Part shown: positions 1 to 7,820 of the stretch, in pieces
Layout of the letters: each line of letters opens with the position of its first letter
Position numbering within the stretch: the first letter of the stretch is position 1
DNA from: an uncultured Actinomycetes bacterium
GTDB taxonomy: Bacteria > Actinomycetota > Actinomycetes > Nanopelagicales > Nanopelagicaceae
Length of the DNA: 49,547 bases
Assembly (NCBI GenBank): GCA_903827345.1
Contig: CAIKID010000048.1
Location: 1-49,547, forward strand
Reading direction: 5' to 3'
The notes under the pieces: model-generated
Seen by the model: only the letters and a program-made list of their open reading frames with translations
The model's database searches: none
Told to the model about the DNA's origin: nothing
Translations under genes and position numbers: made by a program

Positions 1-1566
1 GGGAAGCTGCAACTCATCGAAGAGAACTACCTGGAGTTGTTTGGGTGAACCAATATTGAATTCATGTCCTGCTACTTTATGCGCAGCTGCAGTCTCGCGC
101 TCAACCTCCTTCATGAAGAAGGTACGTAACGTCTCCAACTTCGGTTTATCAACGGCTATTCCCATGCGCTCCATGTCGGCCAGCTCAAAGGCGGTAGGCA
201 TCTCAAGATCGTTGTAAAGATCGATGAGTTGACGATCCGACATCTCTTGGCGAAGCACTGGCACTAGTTCAAAGATAGTTCCAGCAAGAACTGGATTAAA
301 AGTAGAGAAGAGGTCGTCGCTCATTTCTGGGATGGAAACCTCGAGAAAGCGCTGCGCTAGATCTGTAAGTTCCAGATTCCTGCCGCCAGGGTTGATCAAA
401 TAGGCCGCTAACTCGGTATCGAAAACGATGCCTGATATCTCTTCATCGCGTAGGGCTCGCTTCGCTCCATGCACCCATTTTGGAAGCGCGGCGTCAAGTA
501 TCCAATCCCCCACAGGATCATCAACTTTGTATATCTCCTGGGCTGAAAGAGCAACTGAGAAACCGCCATCGCGAAATCGACCCGTCGAAAAGAGTGCGAT
601 CGGATCAGTGCGCTTCTGGAGTTTCGCTGCTAATTCTTTACCCGATATCGTCGAAATTTCTGAGGCAGCTTGCATGGGTGCGGCCTTAGGAGTAGTTCCG
701 CCTAAGGCATGAATACGATCTTTGAGCGCCTTAATTTCCAGAGTATCGAGCAGGGTATCGACCTGTGCGAACTCTGGACCGGACCAGGTCAGATCAGCAA
801 TCGAGGTATCAATGGCTAAGTCATGGCGCAGTGAGGTGATCTCGCGATTGAGCAGAACAAGAGCAATGTTAGAACGGAGCGAATCCCCTACCTTTCCAGG
901 GATAGAATCAATTGCATCCGTCAGCGCGGTGAGCGATCCGAAATCTGCAATCCACTTCGTCGCAGTCTTCTCGCCCACTCCTGGCACGGATGGCAAATTA
1001 TCACTCGGGTCTCCACGCAAGGCAGCAAAGTCCGGATACTGCAGCGGGGTAAGTCCATATTTTGCAAAGACTGCATCAGGCGTCATTCGGTTCATCTCGG
1101 TGACACCTTTCTTGGGATAGAGAACTGTTATCTGCGAGGTGACAAGTTGGAATGAATCGCGATCCCCAGAGCAGATGAGGACCTCACATCCATCCGCAAC
1201 TGCACGCGTAGAGAGCGTTGCCAAGATGTCATCAGCTTCAAAGCCCTCCATCGCAAAGCGCTTAATGCCCAGGGCATCAACCATTTCATTGATGTAGGAA
1301 AGCTGCGAGCGAAACTCATCAGGAGTCGCAGCGCGCGTTGCTTTGTACTCGGGAAACATTTCGGTACGAAAGGTCTTGCGCGAAACATCGAAGGCGACGG
1401 CAATGTGCGTGGGTTTCTCTTGAGAGATGAGGTTTACCAACATCGAGCCAAAGCCATAGACGGCATTGGTGGGCTGGCCTTTGCTACTACGAAAGTTCTC
1501 GACGGGGAGCGCATAGAAGGCGCGATAGGCCATGGAATGACCATCGATAAGTAGTAACCGTTTCAT
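1..1566 (-). CDS. polA: DNA polymerase I, first 522 codons (gene runs off the left edge of the window)
   Basis: Absent from the ORF track because no stop codon lies in the window. My translation of the minus strand from ATG at 1566..1564 reads MKRLLLIDGHSMAYRAFYALP...GFEADDILATL...CSGDRDSFQL...LPSVPGVGEKTATKWI (5'-nuclease domain). It stays open to base 1 and ends ...FNIGSPKQLQVVLFDELQLP (start of the polymerase domain). 1566 nt is 522 whole codons. Confidence 0.9.
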   Translation of the reverse strand, partial: MKRLLLIDGHSMAYRAFYALPVENFRSSKGQPTNAVYGFGSMLVNLISQEKPTHIAVAFDVSRKTFRTEMFPEYKATRAATPDEFRSQLSYINEMVDALGIKRFAMEGFEADDILATLSTRAVADGCEVLICSGDRDSFQLVTSQITVLYPKKGVTEMNRMTPDAVFAKYGLTPLQYPDFAALRGDPSDNLPSVPGVGEKTATKWIADFGSLTALTDAIDSIPGKVGDSLRSNIALVLLNREITSLRHDLAIDTSIADLTWSGPEFAQVDTLLDTLEIKALKDRIHALGGTTPKAAPMQAASEISTISGKELAAKLQKRTDPIALFSTGRFRDGGFSVALSAQEIYKVDDPVGDWILDAALPKWVHGAKRALRDEEISGIVFDTELAAYLINPGGRNLELTDLAQRFLEVSIPEMSDDLFSTFNPVLAGTIFELVPVLRQEMSDRQLIDLYNDLEMPTAFELADMERMGIAVDKPKLETLRTFFMKEVERETAAAHKVAGHEFNIGSPKQLQVVLFDELQLP

Positions 1567-1614
1567 TCCTATGATTCTAGGGTGAATTTGCAGATGCGGC
1601 GTTAAGATAACGCC

Positions 1615-2016
1615 ATGACCGACTATCTAAAAATGATTAACGAACGCGGCATCGGGGCTCTGGATCACAAAATGGGTATCAAGATTATTGAAGCCTCCCC
1701 AGAACGCATTGTCGGCACCATGCCCGTCGAAACAAATACTCAGGCCTTTGGTCTGCTCCACGGCGGCGCAAATGTCGTACTCGCAGAATTATTGGGATCG
1801 TTAGGCGCCTGGCTCCATGCTGGAGGCTCGAAGCAAACTGTCGGAGTGGATATCAATGCGACCCATCACAAGACTGCACGCAGCGGGATAGTCACTGGAG
1901 TCGCTACGCCAGTCTCTCGAGGTCGAACACTGGCTTGCTATGAGATTGTAATAACAAATGCAGCAGGCGAACGAACATGCACGGCACGCATCACCAGCTT
2001 GATACTGAGTTCTTAA
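1615..2016 (+). CDS. PaaI-family hotdog-fold thioesterase
   Basis: 133-aa ORF with ...IVGTMPVETNTQAFGLLHGGANVVLAELLGS... and a C-terminal ...GRTLACYEIVITNAAGERTC..., the typical layout of PaaI/YbdB-type hotdog thioesterases. One of only two plus-strand genes in the window. Confidence 0.7.
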   Translation: MTDYLKMINERGIGALDHKMGIKIIEASPERIVGTMPVETNTQAFGLLHGGANVVLAELLGSLGAWLHAGGSKQTVGVDINATHHKTARSGIVTGVATPVSRGRTLACYEIVITNAAGERTCTARITSLILSS

Positions 2017-2039
2017 TATCTCACTCAGTTGGAACTTTG

Positions 2040-2768
2040 TTAAATTGCGTGTTCCGCACCAGTTCCGAGGTATGCGGCACGAACCGCTGGATCGTTAAGC
2101 AGATCGGAAGCCTTCGCTTCTTTCACTACCTTGCCAGTCTCTAGAACATAGGCGCGGTCGGCGCGTTGCAGCGCTTGTTGGGCATTTTGTTCTACGAGCA
2201 AGATCGTAGTTCCCGACTTGTTGATCTCGGTAATAATGTTAAAGATGTTTTGAATCATCATCGGCGCAAGACCCATTGACGGTTCATCAAGAAGTAGAAC
2301 TTTTGGGCGAGCCATTAAGCCGCGGCCAATCGCGAGCATCTGCTGCTCTCCGCCAGACAAAGTTCCGCCGCTCTGACCCGTTCGCTCTTTGAGTCGAGGG
2401 AAGAGCGTGTAAACGCGCTCTAAATCTTCGGCCATCTCTGCTCCACGGTTTTTGCGGAAGTACTTGCCAATTTCAAGATTTTCTAGCACGGTCATTCCCG
2501 GGAAGATTCCTCGGCCCTCTGGAACTTGAGAGATCCCCAGTTCTACACGTTCATGCGCCGGCAAGTTGGAAATATCCTGCCCATCAAAGAAGATGGATCC
2601 GCCAGTTACTTTACGTAAACCTGAGATTGTTTTTAGCGTAGTCGTCTTTCCAGCGCCATTGGCACCAATCAAAGTGACGATTTCGCCTTGCTCTACGACA
2701 ACGCTTATGCCTTTGATAGCTTCGATCTTGCCGTAGTGGACATGAAGATCTTTAATTTCAAGATGCAT
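2040..2768 (-). CDS. livF: Branched-chain amino-acid ABC transporter, ATP-binding protein (LivF type)
   Basis: Walker A GANGAGKTT, ABC signature LSGGEQQML, Walker B LLLDEPS. Overlaps the upstream livG end by 11 nt. Confidence 0.9.
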   Translation of the reverse strand: MHLEIKDLHVHYGKIEAIKGISVVVEQGEIVTLIGANGAGKTTTLKTISGLRKVTGGSIFFDGQDISNLPAHERVELGISQVPEGRGIFPGMTVLENLEIGKYFRKNRGAEMAEDLERVYTLFPRLKERTGQSGGTLSGGEQQMLAIGRGLMARPKVLLLDEPSMGLAPMMIQNIFNIITEINKSGTTILLVEQNAQQALQRADRAYVLETGKVVKEAKASDLLNDPAVRAAYLGTGAEHAI

Positions 2769-3537
2769 CTGAAGGTACTCCTAAATAAGCCTCAATCACC
2801 TTTGGATCGTTCTGTACCTTTGATGGAATATCATCGGCGATCTTCTCTCCGAAATCCAGCACGGAGACTCGATCAGAGATTCCCATAATGAGTGACATAT
2901 CGTGCTCGATGAGCAATACGGTGTAACCAGCATCGCGAATCTTTCGGATCGTGGCTGCTAACTCCACCTTTTCAGCGGGATTAAATCCTGCAGCCGGCTC
3001 ATCCAGGAGTAATAACTCTGGAGCGGTTCCCAGTGCACGCGCAATCTCTAGGCGTCGTTGATCACCGTAAGGCAAATTCTTGCCCAGGCGATCTGCATGC
3101 TTAGCGATACCTATAAAATCCAGGATTTCCATCGCGCGCTCGCGATCAGCCTTCTCTTCATGGCGCGCTTTAGGTAGGCCAAAGAGCGCTCCAACTAGCC
3201 CTGACTTTTTATGTACATCAGAAGCAGTAAGTACATTTTCAAGGGCTGTCATCTCTCCGAAGAGTCGAACGTTTTGAAAGGTGCGAGCTATACCCAATTT
3301 TGTGATCTGGTGCCGCTTCTTATCAACGATACTCTCACCTTTAAATTTGATATCGCCGTCTGTAACTCTATAAACACCTGTTACGACATTGAAAACCGTC
3401 GTCTTGCCGGCGCCGTTTGGTCCAATAAGAGCAGCGATCTCTCCCCTATTGACATGGAAATCAACCTTGTTAAGAGCCGAGACACCACCAAATCTCATGG
3501 TGACATTCTGTAGATCAAGAACGCGCTCGGTACTCAT
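2758..3537 (-). CDS. livG: Branched-chain amino-acid ABC transporter, ATP-binding protein (LivG type)
   Basis: Walker A GPNGAGKTT, LivG-type signature LPYGDQRRLEIARAL, Walker B LLLDEPAAG. 4-nt overlap with the livM stop. Confidence 0.9.
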   Translation of the reverse strand: MSTERVLDLQNVTMRFGGVSALNKVDFHVNRGEIAALIGPNGAGKTTVFNVVTGVYRVTDGDIKFKGESIVDKKRHQITKLGIARTFQNVRLFGEMTALENVLTASDVHKKSGLVGALFGLPKARHEEKADRERAMEILDFIGIAKHADRLGKNLPYGDQRRLEIARALGTAPELLLLDEPAAGFNPAEKVELAATIRKIRDAGYTVLLIEHDMSLIMGISDRVSVLDFGEKIADDIPSKVQNDPKVIEAYLGVPSDAS

Positions 3538-4625
3538 TTGCTTGCCCCCGAATTCTGCTTCTTGGCTTGCTTAAGTGCGGCCTTAGCGACCTTGGCGGCT
3601 TCACGCTCCTCGAGTGACAAATGCTCTCGCTTCTTGCGTGGCAAGAGCCCATCTGGGCGCAGATTCATAGTGATGATCAACGCTAAGCCGAAGACTAGCT
3701 GGCGGGCGCTAGAGATAAAGCGGATACGTTCTGGGAAGTACGAGAGAATTGTGGCTCCCAATACAACCCCCCAGATATTTCCCATTCCGCCGAAGACGAC
3801 GCAGGAGAGAATCAAGACAGATACGTTGAAGGTAAAAGTTTGCGGCGCAACGAGCATCTGCTGCGATGCAAAGATAACCCCGGCAGCCCCGCCAACGGCG
3901 GCACCGATGCTAAATGACCATATTTTGTAGCGCAGAGTAGGAACGCCCATCAAGATCGCTACATCTTCATCTTGTCGAATGGCTTCCCATGCTCGACCCG
4001 GGCGACGAATAGAAAGTCGACGGACCATCCAGATGACCATGAGGATCATGACTACAACAATCCAGAAGAAGTGAGCTGGACTCGCTAGATCAAAGGTTTG
4101 ACCCAGGATAGAAGGAGGATTTGGAACACCGGGGATACCGTTCGGACCGCCAATAGAGTTTGTGTTAAGAATCGCAATTCGAACTATCTCACCAAATCCA
4201 AGGGTCACGATCGCAAGATAATCTCCACGCAAACGTAGCGTCGGCATACCAAGCAATACACCCGCCAACATGGCGAATCCCATTCCCATTGGCAAAATTT
4301 CCCAGATATTTAACGTGGTCTTAGTACCAAGAATCGCAGCGGTATAGGCACCAATAGCAAAGAAGGCAACATATCCGAGATCCAAGAGACCGCTCTTACC
4401 AACAACGATATTGAGACCTAAGGCCATCAAAATATACATACCAACCGGATAGACGAGAATTGCTTGATACGAAGCGATCGGAGTATTTAGAATACTTGTA
4501 AATGAAAAATCGCCCGCATAAGGCAGGAGAAAAACTCCAAAGATCATAATCAGCACGAAAGCTACGCGTTTAGAGCGATTCCAATCTTCCCAAAGCTGCG
4601 CGCCTTTATCTCTCAAATTTAACAT
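3534..4625 (-). CDS. livM: Branched-chain amino-acid ABC transporter permease (LivM type)
   Basis: Polytopic membrane protein with a Lys-rich C-terminal tail. The track ORF (to 4730) overlaps livH by about 100 nt. I prefer ATG at 4625 (MLNLRDKG...), which sits 8 nt after the livH stop and is preceded by GGGGA. Confidence 0.85.
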   Translation of the reverse strand: MLNLRDKGAQLWEDWNRSKRVAFVLIMIFGVFLLPYAGDFSFTSILNTPIASYQAILVYPVGMYILMALGLNIVVGKSGLLDLGYVAFFAIGAYTAAILGTKTTLNIWEILPMGMGFAMLAGVLLGMPTLRLRGDYLAIVTLGFGEIVRIAILNTNSIGGPNGIPGVPNPPSILGQTFDLASPAHFFWIVVVMILMVIWMVRRLSIRRPGRAWEAIRQDEDVAILMGVPTLRYKIWSFSIGAAVGGAAGVIFASQQMLVAPQTFTFNVSVLILSCVVFGGMGNIWGVVLGATILSYFPERIRFISSARQLVFGLALIITMNLRPDGLLPRKKREHLSLEEREAAKVAKAALKQAKKQNSGASK

Positions 4626-4633
4626 GTTATCCC

Positions 4634-5587
4634 CTATACCCGACTCTGCTGAATGGCTTCGCCAAAGAGTCCATTTGGTCGGACTAGAAGTACTAGTACA
4701 AGCACTACGAAGACCGTAACCTCTTTCCATTGTGTACCAAGTACCGCAGAGAAGAACTCTTCAGCCAGACCAAGCGTCAAGCCTCCATAGAACGCACCAC
4801 GCAAATTACCAATACCTCCGAGTACGGCAGCTGTGAAGGCTGCGATACCAAGATTGAACCCAACGTTAAAGACTGTCGTTTCATAAACAGTTTCGTAAAG
4901 GAAGGCAGCGGCGCCAGTCACCAAGCCACCGACCAAGAATGTTATTGAGATAACTCTGTTGAGGTTAATTCCCATCAAGCGAGAATTTTCCTCACTCATG
5001 GATACCGCTCTAATAGCCTTGCCAATGCGCGTGAGCTTTACAAAGCGGTCAACGGCAAAGAAGAAGAGCGCACCTGACACGATGACTAAGAATTGGTCAA
5101 TACGTAGGCCGACTCCGTGGATAGTAAAGAGATAAAATTTTGTGAGTACGCGTGGACTTGATTCAGGCAGCGAGTGAGTCAGAAGTCGGACGCCCTCAGA
5201 GAGAACGATCGATGTTCCAATTGCAGAAATCAAAGAACCCAGGCGATTGGTGCCCTTAGAACGCAGACGTCGATATGCAACTAGCTCAACCACCACGGCT
5301 ACCACTCCGGATGTCAGCATTGATGCAAGAAGGCAGCAAAGGAGCACAAGTATCAATTTCATGCCGTGACTTGGCTTCGAGTTAATGTCGAATTTAAATA
5401 CAGTGCGGGAGATAATCAGCGTGGCAAAAGTTCCCAGCATAAAAATTTCAGAGTTGGCAAAGTTAATGAGGCGGAGTACGCCGTAAACCATCGTGTATCC
5501 GACGGAGATCAATACGTAGATAAAGCCAAGCGCCAATCCATTGATTAATAATGGAAAGAACTGAGACTGGACCACTGAAAAGTTCAT
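4634..5587 (-). CDS. livH: Branched-chain amino-acid ABC transporter permease (LivH type)
   Basis: Polytopic membrane protein, ...LISVGYTMVYGVLRLINFANSE..., typical of LivH. I moved the start from the track's 5650 to ATG 5587 (MNFSVVQSQFF...), which is preceded by AAGGA. Confidence 0.85.
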   Translation of the reverse strand: MNFSVVQSQFFPLLINGLALGFIYVLISVGYTMVYGVLRLINFANSEIFMLGTFATLIISRTVFKFDINSKPSHGMKLILVLLCCLLASMLTSGVVAVVVELVAYRRLRSKGTNRLGSLISAIGTSIVLSEGVRLLTHSLPESSPRVLTKFYLFTIHGVGLRIDQFLVIVSGALFFFAVDRFVKLTRIGKAIRAVSMSEENSRLMGINLNRVISITFLVGGLVTGAAAFLYETVYETTVFNVGFNLGIAAFTAAVLGGIGNLRGAFYGGLTLGLAEEFFSAVLGTQWKEVTVFVVLVLVLLVRPNGLFGEAIQQSRV

Positions 5588-5660
5588 GAAATCCTTCGGT
5601 TTAGCATAAATAGAAAAGTTCAAAGAAAAGAGAGAATTAAACCATCTCAACTATAGATAA

Positions 5661-5693
5661 GTTGGGTGCCCCTCTATTCGAGGAACACCCAAC
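5661..5693 (-). promoter_or_regulatory. Intercistronic stem-loop B between the binding-protein gene and livH
   Basis: The mRNA strand reads GUUGGGUG-UU-CCUC-GAAUA-GAGG-GG-CACCCAAC. This is an 8-bp perfect outer stem, a 2x2 internal loop and a 4-bp inner stem. It is followed by UUAUCUAU, with no clean U tract. Confidence 0.6.
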
Positions 5694-5719
5694 CCATCAT
5701 AACTACTTTTGGCAAAGCT

Positions 5720-5745
5720 CTCTTAAACCTAGTACAGGTTAAGAG
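5720..5745 (-). promoter_or_regulatory. Intercistronic stem-loop A immediately after the binding-protein stop codon
   Basis: The mRNA strand reads CUCUUAACCU-GUACU-AGGUUUAAGAG: 10 bp with one bulged nucleotide. It starts directly after the TAA at 5746..5748. Confidence 0.6.
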
Positions 5746-6912
5746 TTATGCATTTCCGAGATAAGCAATTTCACCATTCTTGATGGTGAATGCGCCTACT
5801 GGAGCTCCACCGCTTACATCACCATAACGTGTGAATGAGAACTTTGTACCCTTGATGCTGGTGAAAGTTTCGTTCTGAACGCAGTTCTGGATTGATGCAC
5901 GGTTTAGGTGACCTTCTTTAATGCATTGTAGGAAGACATTGATTGAATCGTATGTCTCGGTTACATATGCGTGACCACTTGGGCTTGCAACGCCTGTTGC
6001 CTTGGTGAAATCAGCAAGGACAGCAGCAGAAGCAGCAAGTTCGAATGGAACTGTTGGAGCTGTGATGAGAGTTCCTTCAGCAACTGCCTTACCAGCTTGG
6101 GTGATATAGCCACCATCAAGGGTTCCATCTCCAGAAGCATAAACACCGTTGAAGCCGGCCAAGTCGAGAGCCTTCTTGAACGCTGCAGCGCCTGCATAGT
6201 AACCGAAGTAATCAACGACGTTTGCCTTAGATGAGATCACCTTAGAAGCTGTTGATGAGTAATCTGCGGTTCCAGCTGGTACTGAGTCCTTACCAGCAAT
6301 TTTTGCACCGTTTTTGATCAAAGCGGCAGCTGTTGTGTCGCGGAGTCCAACACCATATGTGCTCTGGTCATCTACGTAGAAAACCTTAGGAGCTGAAACG
6401 CCCTTGACTGAAAGGCGAGCAAGTGCAAGACCTTGGAAAGCATCTGTTGGAACAACGCGGTGGAAGAATGGGAAACCATTCGACTTTGGCTGCTTTGGAT
6501 CGGTGAGTGATGGATTAGTAGCCGAAGGAGAAACGATGGTCAAGCGACCAGACTTGTATGCAGGGAAGGAAGCCTTCGTGGCAGTTGAACAACATGATCC
6601 AACTACGCCGATTACTGCGGAGTTGCTTGCAACACCGGCAGCAACTGAAGATGCGGTAGCAGCGTCAGATACATCGTCAGCCATAACCAACTTAACTTGA
6701 ACAGCAGGCTTGGATTGGTTGTACTCATAAAGCGCGGTCTGTGCTCCGAGGAGCTCATCTGCACCAAGACCTGCATTCGGTCCGGTTACAGCATTTTGAA
6801 ATACGAGTGTTACAGATTTAGGAGCAGCCTGAGCTGAAGTTGCGACAACTGAGCCAAGTGCTAAGGCGGCTGCTGCTACTACACCAAGGGTGCGCTTAGT
6901 AGTGAGGTTCAT
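5746..6912 (-). CDS. livK: Branched-chain amino-acid ABC transporter substrate-binding protein (Leu/Ile/Val-binding protein family)
   Basis: 388 aa. Sec-type signal peptide MNLTTKRTLGVVAAAALALGSVVATSAQA/AP. First gene of the livHMGF string. The sequence has the general look of type I periplasmic binding proteins. The symbol is a family-level guess. Confidence 0.8.
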   Translation of the reverse strand: MNLTTKRTLGVVAAAALALGSVVATSAQAAPKSVTLVFQNAVTGPNAGLGADELLGAQTALYEYNQSKPAVQVKLVMADDVSDAATASSVAAGVASNSAVIGVVGSCCSTATKASFPAYKSGRLTIVSPSATNPSLTDPKQPKSNGFPFFHRVVPTDAFQGLALARLSVKGVSAPKVFYVDDQSTYGVGLRDTTAAALIKNGAKIAGKDSVPAGTADYSSTASKVISSKANVVDYFGYYAGAAAFKKALDLAGFNGVYASGDGTLDGGYITQAGKAVAEGTLITAPTVPFELAASAAVLADFTKATGVASPSGHAYVTETYDSINVFLQCIKEGHLNRASIQNCVQNETFTSIKGTKFSFTRYGDVSGGAPVGAFTIKNGEIAYLGNA

Positions 6913-6941
6913 GGTTACCTTTCATAGCTATCGTCTACGCC

Positions 6942-6970
6942 AAAAGAGGACGCGACATCCTCATGGGAGG
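6942..6970 (-). promoter_or_regulatory. Terminator/attenuator-like element in the liv leader
   Basis: mRNA strand: CCUCCC-AU-GAGGA-UGUCGCG-UCCUC-UUUU. GAGGA can pair either with the upstream CCUC or with the downstream UCCUC, and the downstream option is followed by a U4 run. The element lies about 30 nt before the livK start. The stems are only about 5 bp. Confidence 0.3.
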
Positions 6971-7089
6971 TTTGTGTGCGCATAGTACAGGCGTTTGAGC
7001 ACCAAATCCCAATATTTGATCTGCTAATTACGAGGGGAGGTGCGCTCAAAAGGCGCGTTTTAAAGCAAGGTTACAGAATCGTTATCAAA

Positions 7090-7692
7090 TTAATTCAGAG
7101 GAACTGCATCAGGGGAGATAACCGCGAGGGCGACCGCCTTCATCGAGATACGCCGATCCATGGCCGTGCGTTGAATCCAGCTAAAGGACTCAGGCTCGGA
7201 GAGGTTCAGGGTCTTCATCAATATCCCTTTGGCGCGATCGATAACCTTCCGTGTTTCCAGCCGCTCTTGTAGATCGGTGACTTCTCCGCGCAGGACTTGT
7301 TGTTCGCGATGACGACTTACGGCAATTTCGATGGCAGGAACCAGGTCGGAGATGCTAAACGGCTTTACGACATAGGCCATCGCTCCGGCGTCCCGCGCGC
7401 GTTCCACAAGTTCGCGCTGACTAAATGCGGTCAGCATGAGCACTGGTGAAATTTCGATGATCTGTTCCGCTGCAGAGATTCCATCAAGTTCCGGCATCTT
7501 GACATCCAATATCGCGATATCTGGCAGATGTTCCTTGGCGAGCGCAATCGCTTCTACGCCATTGGTCGCCTCTGCAACCACCTGATAGCCGGCGTCGGTG
7601 AGCATCTCAACAAGATCAAGGCGAATGATGGCCTCATCTTCCGCTACGAGAATGCGCAGCGGCGCGGACGAACTAGCTTCGGGCTTAGTCAT
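7090..7692 (-). CDS. pdtaR: Response regulator with ANTAR RNA-binding output domain (PdtaR-like)
   Basis: N-terminal receiver (RILVAEDEAIIRLDL..., ILDVKMPELDG, MLTAFS). C-terminal ANTAR (LETRKVIDRAKGILMKTLNLSEPESFSWIQRTAMDRRISMKAVA). Confidence 0.88.
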   Translation of the reverse strand: MTKPEASSSAPLRILVAEDEAIIRLDLVEMLTDAGYQVVAEATNGVEAIALAKEHLPDIAILDVKMPELDGISAAEQIIEISPVLMLTAFSQRELVERARDAGAMAYVVKPFSISDLVPAIEIAVSRHREQQVLRGEVTDLQERLETRKVIDRAKGILMKTLNLSEPESFSWIQRTAMDRRISMKAVALAVISPDAVPLN

Positions 7693-7693
7693 G

Positions 7694-7766
7694 TGCCTCG
7701 AGTCGGATTTGAACCGACACTGTGCAGATTTTGAGTCTGCCCTCTCTACCGTTGGAGTACCGAGGC
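7694..7766 (-). tRNA. 73-nt tRNA with anticodon CAA (nominally Leu) but a class-I (short variable loop) architecture
   Basis: Hand fold of the minus strand:
- Acceptor GCCUCGG/UCGAGGC (G7.U66).
- U8 A9.
- D stem CUC/GAG, with D loop C-AAC-GG-UAG-A.
- Anticodon stem GCAGA/UCUGC, loop CUCAAAA (anticodon CAA at 7733..7731).
- 5-nt variable loop ACAGU.
- T stem GUCGG/CCGAC, T loop UUCAAAU.
- Discriminator A. No encoded CCA. Confidence 0.8.
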
Positions 7767-7820
7767 GTTCTCCTGGAAACTTATGGTAAGCCAGGAAGAT
7801 CAGAGTATAACCGGGTGAAA

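Noticed and set aside
428-1403. Track ORFs 428..712 (+), 480..689 (+), 722..1120 (+) and 1128..1403 (-).
   Set aside because: They fall inside the polA reading frame, which is open over 1..1566 on the minus strand, and have no recognisable features. polA is missing from the track only because its stop lies outside the window.
1598-1614. A 6-bp hairpin GGCGUU-AAGAU-AACGCC ending exactly at the thioesterase ATG, with no SD visible.
   Set aside because: It is short and unsupported by any other evidence. It could occlude the start or be coincidental in a 48-nt divergent promoter region. It is not enough for a claim.
6935-6964. A 9-codon upstream ORF in the liv leader (AUG AGG AUG UCG CGU CCU CUU UUG GCG UAG, translating MRMSRPLLA) as a Leu-sensing leader peptide.
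   Set aside because: There is no ribosome-binding site in front of it (the upstream sequence is CCUCCC). It has only two Leu codons. It is too short to distinguish from chance.
7040-7068. A GCGC-loop-GCGC hairpin with a flanking T run just after pdtaR as a bidirectional terminator.
   Set aside because: The stem is only 4-5 bp. The T run is on the plus strand, where nothing upstream is transcribed.
7694-7766. Reading the tRNA locus on the plus strand, where the loop UUUUGAG would give a tRNA-Gln(UUG) anticodon.
   Set aside because: On the plus strand the T-arm position lacks the UUC motif and the D-arm position would be GUCGG-AUUUGAA-CCGAC with no GG. The minus strand has a canonical GUUCAAAUC T loop and a GG D loop. 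The Gln-like loop is just the reverse complement of a Leu(CAA) loop.
7770-7797. A hairpin UUCCUGG-(14 nt)-CCAGGAG between pyk and the tRNA as a pyk terminator.
   Set aside because: The loop is large, the stem is 7 bp including a G.U pair, and there is no U tract. It is more likely incidental or a processing-site context.
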